A model generated the notes under the pieces. It worked only from the letters and a program-made list of their open reading frames with translations, did no database searches and was not told where the DNA came from. The translations under genes were made by a program, and so were the position numbers. A DNA stretch of 64,000 nucleotides from positions 1,694-65,693 of the forward strand of contig JBILLF010000004.1 of the NCBI GenBank assembly GCA_044376225.1, given 5' to 3'. Each line of letters starts with the position of its first letter. Position 1 is the first letter of the stretch. Source of the DNA: Patescibacteria group bacterium (GTDB lineage: Bacteria; Bacteroidota; Ignavibacteria; Kapaibacteriales; Kapaibacteriaceae). Below, one piece after another: positions 36,945-45,119 of the stretch.

Positions 36945-37322
36945 TCAGGCGCCGATCAAGGCTTTGTAGGCATCTACCTTTAGCAGGGCATCCAGCTCGC
37001 TCGGATCGCTGATGCGGATCTTGACAAGCCATCCGCTACCATAGGGGTCCTTATTGACCGAGTCCGGCGTGGAGTTCACGTCGTTGACCTCCACCAGCTG
37101 ACCGCTGACGGGCGCGTAGAGATCGGCCACGGTCTTGACGGCTTCGATCGACCCAAAGGTACCGCCCTTACTTACCGTGGCTGAAGCATCCGGAATATCC
37201 ACATACACCACATCGCCGAGCTCGCCTTGAGCATGGTCGGTCACGCCAATTGTACCGACGTCGCCTTCGACGCGGATCCATTCGTGATCGCTGGTATAGA
37301 GCAGGTCAGCAGGAAAATTCAT
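36945..37322 (-). CDS. gcvH: Glycine cleavage system protein H
   Basis: MNFPADLLYTSDHEWIRVEG..., with the lipoyl-lysine motif SIEAVKTVADLYAPVSG. The ATG at 37322 is preferred over the TTG track start at 37337, which overlaps accC. Confidence 0.93.
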   Translation of the reverse strand: MNFPADLLYTSDHEWIRVEGDVGTIGVTDHAQGELGDVVYVDIPDASATVSKGGTFGSIEAVKTVADLYAPVSGQLVEVNDVNSTPDSVNKDPYGSGWLVKIRISDPSELDALLKVDAYKALIGA

Positions 37323-37324
37323 GG

Positions 37325-38665
37325 TCAGGCCTTCCAATCATGGGTGTCGAGATACTTCGTGTCAAATGTACCGGCAATGAAATCCGGATTATCCATCATC
37401 TTTCGGTGAAATGGGATCGTCGTCTGAATGCCTTCGATAATGAACTCATCAAGTGCGCGACGCATCTTGGCGATTGCACCGTCGCGCGTTGCCGCAAACG
37501 TAATGAGCTTGGCAACCATTGAGTCGTAATACGGAGGGATGACATATCCCTGATAGATGTGCGAATCGACCCGCACACCGGGACCACCCGGGAAGTTCAG
37601 TGACTGAATCACTCCTGGAGATGGGCGGAAATCGTGGTATGGATCCTCGGCATTAATCCGGCACTCGATCGAATGCATAATCGGATCACGCTGCTCAAGG
37701 GTGAGACGCTCTCCGGAAGCCACAAGAAGCTGTTCGCGGATCAGATCTACCGCCGAGGACTGCTCGGTAACCGGGTGTTCGACCTGAATACGCGTGTTCA
37801 TTTCCATGAAGTAGAAGTTGCGGTGCTTGTCAACCAGGAACTCAATTGTTCCAGCACCGACGTAGCCGACACTAGCAGCTCCCTTCACGCTGGCATCGCC
37901 CATGGCCTTACGAAGCTCGGGCGTCATGATCGGAGAAGGGGCCTCTTCAATCAGCTTCTGGTGACGTCGCTGAATACTACACTCGCGCTCGTTAAGATGA
38001 ACTACGTTGCCGTGGGAGTCGGCAAAGACTTGGATCTCAATGTGGCGAGGCTCTTCAATGAACTTTTCGATGTAGATATCGCCATTACCAAAAGAGGCCT
38101 CAGCCTCACCGCGAGCAGTGGCATACGCGCGGTCGAGCTCGTCGGCCTTCTCCACATAGCGCATTCCTTTACCACCGCCGCCGGCCACGGCCTTAATCAT
38201 CACCGGGTACCCGACTTCCGCGGCAACTCGGCGAGCATCTTCAATGGTTGGCACAATGCCGTCCGAACCCGGCACCACTGGCACACCGGCGGCACGCATC
38301 GTATCCTTCGCGATCGACTTGTTCCCCATCCGAACGATGGCGTCTGGCGATGGCCCGACAAAGGTGATTCCGCAGTCGTGACAGATCTCTGCGAATGTGG
38401 CGTTCTCAGCCAGAAAACCGTAGCCGGGATGAATGGCATCTGCTCCGGTAACATCGGCGGCAGCAATGATCGACGGGATGTTCAGATACGACAGCTTGCC
38501 CTGGGCAGGGCCGATGCAGACCGCCTCATCGGCAAAGCGAACATGCAACGATGCACGGTCGGCCTCCGAATACACCGCTACAGTCCGGATACCAAGTTCC
38601 TTGGCTGCGCGGATGATGCGCAGGGCGATCTCTCCGCGATTGGCGATCAGCAGCTTCTTGATCAT
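37325..38665 (-). CDS. accC: Acetyl-CoA carboxylase, biotin carboxylase subunit
   Basis: 446 aa. [26 protein letters not shown], the ATP-grasp glycine-rich loop [11 protein letters not shown], and [14 protein letters not shown]. Confidence 0.97.
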   Translation of the reverse strand: MIKKLLIANRGEIALRIIRAAKELGIRTVAVYSEADRASLHVRFADEAVCIGPAQGKLSYLNIPSIIAAADVTGADAIHPGYGFLAENATFAEICHDCGITFVGPSPDAIVRMGNKSIAKDTMRAAGVPVVPGSDGIVPTIEDARRVAAEVGYPVMIKAVAGGGGKGMRYVEKADELDRAYATARGEAEASFGNGDIYIEKFIEEPRHIEIQVFADSHGNVVHLNERECSIQRRHQKLIEEAPSPIMTPELRKAMGDASVKGAASVGYVGAGTIEFLVDKHRNFYFMEMNTRIQVEHPVTEQSSAVDLIREQLLVASGERLTLEQRDPIMHSIECRINAEDPYHDFRPSPGVIQSLNFPGGPGVRVDSHIYQGYVIPPYYDSMVAKLITFAATRDGAIAKMRRALDEFIIEGIQTTIPFHRKMMDNPDFIAGTFDTKYLDTHDWKA

Positions 38666-38683
38666 GGTTGGTGGCCCGCCTGC

Positions 38684-39172
38684 TTAGTCTGGCTTGACAA
38701 GGAAGATGGGCTGGTTGTATTCCACCGGCTGACCGTTTTCGACGAGAATCTTTGTGATGGTGCCCGTGACGTCGGACTCGATCTCGTTCATCAGCTTCAT
38801 GGCCTCGACAATGCAGAGCGTATCACCGGCATTGACATGCTGCCCAACCTGGACAAAGGCATCAGCATCGGGAGAGGGGGCACGGTAAAACGTACCGACG
38901 ATCGGCGACGTGACCGTTTGTCCGTTATCAGCCGGAGCCGAAGCAACCGGGGCACTTGCCACAGCCGCAGGAGCCGCACTCGGTGCTGCTGGAGCGGCGG
39001 CCGTTACCGGGGCCGGCATAGTGTAGCCCTGCATCATCACTGGCGCTTGCGCCGATGGCTTGGACATATGCACAGACATGCCTTCTTCTTCGATCGACAG
39101 TTCGCTAGCGCTGCTCTCGTCGAAGATGCGCAGCAAACGGCGTAGGTAGTTCAGATCCATCGTTCCCTCCAA
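38684..39172 (-). CDS. accB: Acetyl-CoA carboxylase biotin carboxyl carrier protein
   Basis: 162 aa. An Ala/Pro-rich linker is followed by the biotinyl domain with [13 protein letters not shown]. An alternative start lies at 39160 ([10 protein letters not shown]). Confidence 0.93.
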   Translation of the reverse strand: MEGTMDLNYLRRLLRIFDESSASELSIEEEGMSVHMSKPSAQAPVMMQGYTMPAPVTAAAPAAPSAAPAAVASAPVASAPADNGQTVTSPIVGTFYRAPSPDADAFVQVGQHVNAGDTLCIVEAMKLMNEIESDVTGTITKILVENGQPVEYNQPIFLVKPD

Positions 39173-39190
39173 TGTGAATTGGACAGCCCC

Positions 39191-39757
39191 TTACTCCTTG
39201 ACCCGGTCCATGTAGTCACCAGTTGAGGTATCTACGCGGATAAGATCACCCTCATTGACGAACAGCGGAACGCCTACTGAAGCACCCGTTTCAACAGTTG
39301 CCGGCTTCAGTACGTTGGTTGCCGTATCTCCACGAACCCCTGGCTCAGTGTGCATCACCCGCAAAGCCACGTGCTGCGGCATGGTCACCTGCACCACATT
39401 GTCGGCTTCGTCACGGGCGATCTGTACTTCAAGGCCTTCCTTCATGAACTTGGCCGATTCACCAACGATTTCGGTAACAACCGGAATCTGGTCATAGGTG
39501 TCGGAATCCATGAACATGAACATGTCCCCATCCTTGTACAGATACTGGAAGTTGCGTGTCTCCACGCGGACAAATTCAATCGTCTCGCCCGAACGGAACC
39601 GCTCTTCACGGAGCTTTCCGGTCTTGATCACCCGCATCTTCACCTGGTAGAAGGCTCGGAGGTTGCCCGGCGTGCGGTGTATGGATTCGAGTACCACACA
39701 GAGTTCACCGTTGTGGCGAATCACGGCGCCTACGCGCAGGTCAGCTGTTGTTGCCAT
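39191..39757 (-). CDS. efp: Elongation factor P
   Basis: 188 aa, collinear with E. coli EF-P as I recall it (LRVGAVIRHNG..., GDTATNVLKPATVETGASVGVPLFVNEGDLIRVDT). The loop reads HRTPGNLRAF where E. coli has VKPGKGQAF. Confidence 0.93.
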   Translation of the reverse strand: MATTADLRVGAVIRHNGELCVVLESIHRTPGNLRAFYQVKMRVIKTGKLREERFRSGETIEFVRVETRNFQYLYKDGDMFMFMDSDTYDQIPVVTEIVGESAKFMKEGLEVQIARDEADNVVQVTMPQHVALRVMHTEPGVRGDTATNVLKPATVETGASVGVPLFVNEGDLIRVDTSTGDYMDRVKE

Positions 39758-39798
39758 GAGGAAGGAGGAATGTCAAAAATTGCAGATCAATATCAGTG

Positions 39799-39869
39799 AG
39801 GTCCCGACCGGATTCGAACCGATGTACAAGCTTTTGCAGAGCTCTGTATAGCCACTCTACCACGGGACC
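39799..39869 (-). tRNA. tRNA-Cys (GCA)
   Basis: The minus strand reads GGTCCCGTGGTAGAGTGGCTATACAGAGCTCTGCAAAAGCTTGTACATCGGTTCGAATCCGGTCGGGACCT. It folds into a 7-bp acceptor stem, an anticodon arm GAGCT-CTGCAAA-AGCTT (anticodon GCA), and a T-arm ATCGG-TTCGAAT-CCGGT. The 3-bp D-stem is typical of tRNA-Cys. CCA is not encoded. Confidence 0.9.
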
Positions 39870-39898
39870 GCGTGGGCGGCGAATATACGAAAAGAGGC

Positions 39899-40345
39899 CT
39901 ATTCAGGCGTGTTTTTGCCCGTTTTTGCGCGTATATCGGCGGAAAATGCCCGGATTTCATGAATAAGCCGAAGAATCTCCCCCTGCGATGCAGATGAATC
40001 GACAGTTGGTTCGGCACCATTTTCATGCCCACCTGCCCCGTCATGCTCAGCAACCATCGGCGCAGATCCCTCGGGAGCACTAAACTGGAGATCCTCGGGA
40101 AGCCCATTCTGCCGCAAGAATTCCTTTGCTCCGGCAACGGTGTAGCGCTCCTCCCGCAAGAGCTTTCTGATCAACATCAGCACGGCCATATCGCGCCCAG
40201 AGTAGATGCGGTTGCCCGCCCTGTTCTTCTGCGGACGCAGCTGCGAAAACTCGCGCTCCCAGTACCGAAGCACGTGCTGCTCCTCCGAAACGATCTTTGC
40301 CGCCTCGGTGATGGAGTAGTAAAGCTTCTTGATGGAATCCTGCAT
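39899..40345 (-). CDS. MerR family transcriptional regulator
   Basis: 148 aa with an N-terminal HTH: YYSITEAAKIVSEEQHVLRYWEREF...RIYSGRDMAVLMLIRKLL. Confidence 0.85.
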   Translation of the reverse strand: MQDSIKKLYYSITEAAKIVSEEQHVLRYWEREFSQLRPQKNRAGNRIYSGRDMAVLMLIRKLLREERYTVAGAKEFLRQNGLPEDLQFSAPEGSAPMVAEHDGAGGHENGAEPTVDSSASQGEILRLIHEIRAFSADIRAKTGKNTPE

Positions 40346-40365
40346 GGCGCAAGATAAGGCTGAGT

Positions 40366-40448
40366 TGCTGAGGTACGGAATGGCGGAATTACAGAATTAC
40401 TGAGGTACGGAATGACGGAATTACAGAATTACTGAGGTACGGAATGAC
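40366..40448. repeat. 32-bp tandem repeat, about 2.6 copies (unit TACTGAGGTACGGAATGACGGAATTACAGAAT)
   Basis: Copies start at 40366 (variant TGCTG...GGCGG), 40398 and 40430 (truncated). Each unit is itself four degenerate octamers with a TTACNG/GTACGG core. Confidence 0.95.
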
Positions 40449-40460
40449 CTGTAGCATTCG

Positions 40461-40502
40461 TCTCTTGTCTCTTGTCTCTTGTCTCTTGTCTCTTGTCTCT
40501 CG
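40461..40502. repeat. Heptamer tandem array, 5 x TCTCTTG + 1 x TCTCTCG
   Basis: Read directly. Perfect 7-bp phasing from 40461 to 40502. Confidence 0.95.
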
Positions 40503-40504
40503 TA

Positions 40505-40538
40505 CCCCGGGCCAAGGCCCGGGGCTAGTACACCGGTG
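40505..40538. repeat. GC-rich perfect inverted repeat CCCCGGGCC-AA-GGCCCGGGG, plus the 8-bp palindrome CACCGGTG
   Basis: The inverted repeat spans 40505-40524 with 9-bp arms. CACCGGTG lies at 40531-40538. Both sit exactly between the two heptamer arrays. Confidence 0.9.
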
Positions 40539-40543
40539 GCATT

Positions 40544-40647
40544 TCTCTCGTCTCTCGTCTCTCGTCTCTCGTCTCTTGTCTCTCGTCTCTCGTCTCTCGT
40601 CTCTCGTCTCTCGTCCTTGTCTCTCGTCACTTGTCACTTGTCACTCG
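40544..40647. repeat. Heptamer tandem array, about 15 units (TCTCTCG, grading into TCACTYG)
   Basis: Read directly. The units are 10 x TCTCTCG, 1 x TCTCTTG, one 6-nt unit TCCTTG, then TCACTTG, TCACTTG, TCACTCG. The last three units lie inside the 3' end of the SEDS coding sequence (stop at 40629..40627). Confidence 0.95.
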
Positions 40648-41754
40648 CCTTCGTTTAAACACTCCCGCCTGCGAAGAAACGTTCAGCAGGATCCCCACGG
40701 CTATGGCACTGAAGAAGACGGCAGAGCCGCCATAGGAGATGAAGGGCATGGGCAGGCCGGTGGTGGGAAGGATGCCGCAAGTGACTCCGGCATTGACGAA
40801 TGCATAGATCGAGAGCGTGGTGGTAATGCCACCCGCCAGGATTCTGCCAAAGGTATCTGGAGCCTTTTTGGCAACGGTATAGCCGCGGAGCATGATGAGA
40901 GTAAATGCAGACATGAGAAAAAGCACGCCGATGAATCCGTACTCCTCGCCCACAATACTGAAGATGAAGTCACCATACGACTCTGGCAGAAAGAAGTCCC
41001 GCTGTCGGCTCTGGCCCGGGCCTACACCACTCAAGCCCCCATTGCCAAAGGCGATCAGCGCCTGGTCAAGCTGGTAGCGCACAGCCTCATCAGCCTGACC
41101 ACCGAAGAAGGACATCAGACGTCGCATCCGATACTCGGCGGTGACGGCATACAGGCCGGCGGCTGCCATACCCGAAGCCACGATCACCGCCAGCTGCGAC
41201 GGACGAACATCACCCAGGAACATCATGACCATAACGATCAGGAAAATGACCGTAGCCGTCGAGAGGTTGGGCTGTAACGCGATCAGAATTGACACCGGAA
41301 GCGTCCACTTCAGTACGGCCCAGATGCCCCCTTTCCATGTGCGCAGAAGATGTGTGTTGGTGCTCAGCACGACAGCAGTGTGCAGAACAACCGTCCACTT
41401 TGCAAGCTCTGACGGTTGAAAGTTCAGCGGACCGAGGCGCACCCATCTACTTGCGCCCTTGATCTCGGTGCCCATCACCAGCACCATGATCAGAAAGCCA
41501 TAGGCGATCCACATGAGCGTGGAAGTGCTGCGTTCGAAAATGTGATAGTCCACCTTGGCAAAGAAGAGCATCAGCAGAAGTCCGATGATCACCCGCAGAG
41601 CATGGTTCCACACAAGCCCTTCACTGGAACCGAGCTTAACATCAGCGAACGAGGCGCTGGCACTGTACACGAAGGCTACGCTAAACAGCAATAGTGCCGC
41701 GATCGGCAAAAGGATGAACCAGTCGATGTTGGATGGTTCAGGCTTCTGGGTCAT
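40627..41754 (-). CDS. SEDS-family peptidoglycan glycosyltransferase (FtsW/RodA/SpoVE)
   Basis: 375 aa with about 10 TM segments. FLPESYGDFIFSIVGEEYGFIGVLFL and LPMPFISYGGSA are SEDS hallmarks. The context does not say whether it is FtsW or RodA. Confidence 0.9.
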   Translation of the reverse strand: MTQKPEPSNIDWFILLPIAALLLFSVAFVYSASASFADVKLGSSEGLVWNHALRVIIGLLLMLFFAKVDYHIFERSTSTLMWIAYGFLIMVLVMGTEIKGASRWVRLGPLNFQPSELAKWTVVLHTAVVLSTNTHLLRTWKGGIWAVLKWTLPVSILIALQPNLSTATVIFLIVMVMMFLGDVRPSQLAVIVASGMAAAGLYAVTAEYRMRRLMSFFGGQADEAVRYQLDQALIAFGNGGLSGVGPGQSRQRDFFLPESYGDFIFSIVGEEYGFIGVLFLMSAFTLIMLRGYTVAKKAPDTFGRILAGGITTTLSIYAFVNAGVTCGILPTTGLPMPFISYGGSAVFFSAIAVGILLNVSSQAGVFKRRRVTSDK

Positions 41755-42986
41755 GTCTCAGAGATCTCGATAGCAAAGGTGGTTCCAACTCCGGGCTGTG
41801 TTTCACGCACGAATATGCGTCCTCCGTGATAGTCCTCAATGATTCGCTTTGAAAGCGACAATCCAAGACCCCAGCCGCGCTTCTTCGTCGTGAACCCCGG
41901 CTGGAAGATCCTGGCTGCGATCTGACGCGTCATGCCCTTACCATTATCTGTCACCGTTACGAGGATTCCGCCCTTTGCTCGCCGCGTCAGTCGCAGCTCA
42001 ATGATCCCGTCATGGCGGTCAAGAGCATCGGCGGCGTTTCGGATAAGGTTTTCGATTACCCAAGCAAACAGCTCTTCATTGAGAGAAGCATAGAGGGTCT
42101 TGTCAAAATCCCGCACCAGCGTGATTCGCTTCCCAAGATTCGGCAGGCGCTTCTCAAAGTAAACGCACGCCCGCTCTAGGATCTCGGCCACCGGCACGTG
42201 CGACATCTTTGGCTGCGCTCCGATCTTAGCAAAGCGGTTGGCGATAACGTTCAACCTCTCAACGTCCTGCTCCATCTCCTGCGCTGTTGCAAGGATATTC
42301 TCTGGTGAGTCCTTGTTCAGACGAAGCAACTCGAGCCATGCAAGCAGACTGGAAAGGGGCGTACCCAGCTGATGAGCTGCTTCTTTGGCCATCCCCACCC
42401 AGATGCTGGACTGCTCGTTGCGACGAATGCTTGATAAGATCAAATAGGCAACCAAGATGAAGGCCGCAACTGAGAGGATCTCGACATACGGCATATACCG
42501 CAGCCGGCGCACAACGGCAGAGTTGGCGTAGAACATCAATTGCACTACCCTCCCAGAAGGATCACGGATCTCAAAGGGCGGGTACTCCCGACGCATCTCT
42601 TCGATGTAGGCGGAGAGCCATACCTCCTGCTGTTCGATGGTCAGCGTCGTATCTAACTCGACGTTGATCATGTACTGCTGGTACGGAAAGACCGGCTTGG
42701 AATCACGTCCAGTAAGGATCACCGGAAAGTGGATCGACGAGTATGCCTGATCGATGTAGTATAGGAGCTCTTCGTCCGTGGCGGTCTGATAGGACCGTGC
42801 AAGTAGCTTGGCGTAGAGTTCAACGGTTCGCCTCTCATTGGCGACGAGCTCATCAACAATGGTCTTGGTTGCGTAGAGCACCCCACCCATGATGCCCAGC
42901 CCGGAAAGCGTCAGGAGGACCTTGATCTGCCACTTCGTAACACTGGCACGAAAGATCCTGATCCTATCGGGGCGTACGTCGCGCAT
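41751..42986 (-). CDS. Sensor histidine kinase (membrane-anchored, HisKA + HATPase_c)
   Basis: 411 aa with two TM segments. H-box AHQLGTPLSSLLAWLELL, N-box NLIRNAADAL, and G-boxes DNGKGM / GWGLGLSLSKRI. It overlaps the SEDS gene start by 4 nt. There is no response regulator nearby. Confidence 0.88.
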   Translation of the reverse strand: MRDVRPDRIRIFRASVTKWQIKVLLTLSGLGIMGGVLYATKTIVDELVANERRTVELYAKLLARSYQTATDEELLYYIDQAYSSIHFPVILTGRDSKPVFPYQQYMINVELDTTLTIEQQEVWLSAYIEEMRREYPPFEIRDPSGRVVQLMFYANSAVVRRLRYMPYVEILSVAAFILVAYLILSSIRRNEQSSIWVGMAKEAAHQLGTPLSSLLAWLELLRLNKDSPENILATAQEMEQDVERLNVIANRFAKIGAQPKMSHVPVAEILERACVYFEKRLPNLGKRITLVRDFDKTLYASLNEELFAWVIENLIRNAADALDRHDGIIELRLTRRAKGGILVTVTDNGKGMTRQIAARIFQPGFTTKKRGWGLGLSLSKRIIEDYHGGRIFVRETQPGVGTTFAIEISET

Positions 42987-42989
42987 CGG

Positions 42990-43400
42990 TTACGTCGCAC
43001 CCTGTGCGCGAACCAGCGCGAAGGGGGCTGATCCTTCCCCATCTTCAACACTCAGACGACCACCCGTGATCATCAGCCGTGCCGACTGTCGAGACGACTT
43101 GCGGACGATCTCCACGTCGATTGCGCCCTCATCCGGAAATGCCACGCTCCGTTCAGCCATAGCACCACCAGCAGCAGGCATCATAACGGTTGGGATCGAC
43201 AATCCGCCGATCTCGATGCGCAAGAGACGGCGTACAGCATCATAGGTAACGTTCAGGCCAAGCGCATAGGCAAACGAGGTGAACTCCCGCGTGGTCACCA
43301 CCCGAACGCCGAGCATTTCAGCCGACTCCTCGGATGCCTTGCGGTAGAACGAGACCGTGTACTCACGGTCGATCGACGGTTCGATACGGTCATCACTCAT
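42990..43400 (-). CDS. Hypothetical protein (136 aa)
   Basis: Clean ORF wedged between hisS (8-nt overlap) and the kinase (3-nt gap). It has no signal peptide and I recognised no motif. Confidence 0.5.
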   Translation of the reverse strand: MSDDRIEPSIDREYTVSFYRKASEESAEMLGVRVVTTREFTSFAYALGLNVTYDAVRRLLRIEIGGLSIPTVMMPAAGGAMAERSVAFPDEGAIDVEIVRKSSRQSARLMITGGRLSVEDGEGSAPFALVRAQGAT

Positions 43401-44652
43401 GACGACCCATCACAGTCTCAATCTCCGTCTGCGCAACGGTCATTTGCTCACCGGTGAGCATGTTCTTGATGACGGCCGTCGATGAGGCGATCTCGTCATC
43501 CCCGATCATCACCGTAAAGGCCACACCCGCCCTATTGGCATCTTTCATCTGCGCCTTGACCGAACGGCGTTGCAGATCCGACACAACATGATGTCCGCTG
43601 CAGCGCAGCCGGTGAATAATCAGCTGTACCGGGACACGCGCGGCATCACCAATGCCGATGACATACACGCCATGTGGCGGCGGCGGCTCAGGTGTGCCAT
43701 GCTCGGCCTCCCAGAGCAGAAGCATCCTCTCGATACCGATCGAAAAACCCACAGCCGGAACGTCTCCACCACCAAGCGTGGAGAACAGTTGATCGTACCG
43801 CCCGCCTCCCCCAACAGCATTCTGAGAACCTAGCTGATCGGTGGTGAACTCAAAGACCGTGTGATTGTAGTAGTCCAGGCCGCGGACAAGTTTTGGATTT
43901 ACGACATAGGGGATCCCCGCTACGTCAAGCAGCAACCGCACAGCGTTGAAATGCTCGGCACTGACTTCATCATAGAAGTCCTCGAGTCGCGGTGCGTGAG
44001 CGCTAACTCGAATATCAGCCTCATCCTTAGAGTCCAAGACCCGCAGCGGATTGGCATGCATTCGCCGGCGGCTATCCTCAGACAACTCACTACTGTGGGA
44101 CTCGAGAAAGGCCACGAGGGCCTGGCGATATCCGCGGCGAACCTCTGCCGAACCAAGAGAGTTGAGTTCAAGACGGAACTGCGTCAAACCAAATCGACGT
44201 AGCGTTTCGTGGGCCAGCAGAATGATCTCGACGTCGGCCTCGGGATGGGATGAACCAATGCATTCAGCACCAAACTGATGAAACTGCCGGTAGCGGCCCT
44301 TCTGAGGACGCTCATAGCGGAACTGGGGTCCGTTATACCAGAGTCTTAGTGTGGGGCTGTGATGCAGCAGACTGTGCTCTATGCAGGCACGTACGATCGG
44401 CGCCGTCAGCTCCGGACGAAGCGTCAGCGAGTCTCCGCCGCGGTCCTCGAAGGTGTACATCTCCTTGCCGACGATGTCCGTGTCTTCGCCGACACCACGC
44501 TTGAACAGATCCGTGCTCTCTAGGACCGGTGTGCGGAACTCCTCATAAGCAAAGTCACCAGCAACAGAACGGAAGATGGACTCCGCACGATGCCACAGGG
44601 CGATCTCCTTACCAAAGATGTCCCGCATCCCGCGGATTGCCGTTATGCTCAC
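43393..44652 (-). CDS. hisS: Histidine--tRNA ligase
   Basis: 419 aa. AIRGMRDIFG, class II motifs (YRYERPQKGRYRQFHQ; GGGRYD) and a C-terminal anticodon-binding domain. Confidence 0.96.
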   Translation of the reverse strand: MSITAIRGMRDIFGKEIALWHRAESIFRSVAGDFAYEEFRTPVLESTDLFKRGVGEDTDIVGKEMYTFEDRGGDSLTLRPELTAPIVRACIEHSLLHHSPTLRLWYNGPQFRYERPQKGRYRQFHQFGAECIGSSHPEADVEIILLAHETLRRFGLTQFRLELNSLGSAEVRRGYRQALVAFLESHSSELSEDSRRRMHANPLRVLDSKDEADIRVSAHAPRLEDFYDEVSAEHFNAVRLLLDVAGIPYVVNPKLVRGLDYYNHTVFEFTTDQLGSQNAVGGGGRYDQLFSTLGGGDVPAVGFSIGIERMLLLWEAEHGTPEPPPPHGVYVIGIGDAARVPVQLIIHRLRCSGHHVVSDLQRRSVKAQMKDANRAGVAFTVMIGDDEIASSTAVIKNMLTGEQMTVAQTEIETVMGRHE

Positions 44653-45119
44653 CCCTGTTCCTCCTCACTGCCGGCAAACAGAGCCAGAACATCTTCGGCA
44701 GACCTGGCCGAAAGCAGTGATGCGCGGAACTGCTCGGAGCCGACTAGACGCGAAATCCGACTGAGAAGGCGCAAGTGCACGCCGACGTTGCTTTCGGGAC
44801 CGACCAGCAAAACCACGATCGAAACGGGCTTGTCATCGAGTGAGTCAAAGTCAATTGGCGAAGCAAGAGTTGCCACAGCGACAATGGATTGATCGACAAC
44901 ATCCGTCTTGCCATGCGGTAAGGCAACACTGTTGCCTATACCGGTCGACATTAGTCGTTCACGGTCCACGATCACAGTATGCAACCGGTCCATATCCCGA
45001 ACCTTGCCGGTAGCGGCAACAAGATCAACCACCTTGCGCAGGCAGTCGTCTTTGTCAACGACATCGAGATTGAGTCGTATGCAGGAAGAGTCAAGTATTG
45101 CTGATATCCTCGTGTCCAT
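44649..45119 (-). CDS. ptsN: PTS EIIA-Ntr type nitrogen regulatory protein
   Basis: EIIA_2 domain with the phosphorylatable His in GIGNSVALPHGKT. The start was chosen at ATG 45119 (MDTRISAIL...). The track start at 45191 would overlap the upstream gene by 100 nt. Confidence 0.8.
   Translation of the reverse strand: MDTRISAILDSSCIRLNLDVVDKDDCLRKVVDLVAATGKVRDMDRLHTVIVDRERLMSTGIGNSVALPHGKTDVVDQSIVAVATLASPIDFDSLDDKPVSIVVLLVGPESNVGVHLRLLSRISRLVGSEQFRASLLSARSAEDVLALFAGSEEEQG

Noticed and set aside
37634-39145. A 503-aa ORF on the + strand
   Set aside because: It lies entirely antisense to accC and accB, which have unmistakable motifs. Its sequence is Arg/His/Gly/Leu-rich low-information text, typical of the mirror frame of GC-rich genes.
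40389-40637. ORFs encoding ETRDERRETRDKRR... repeats (82 aa and 69 aa, - strand)
   Set aside because: The periodic peptide is just the translation of the 7-bp DNA repeat, since 3 units equal 7 codons. All three frames are open for the same reason, and there is no start context.
40366-40647. Possible CRISPR array
   Set aside because: The repeat units are 7 or 32 bp and directly abut each other with no unique spacers. There are no cas genes in the window.
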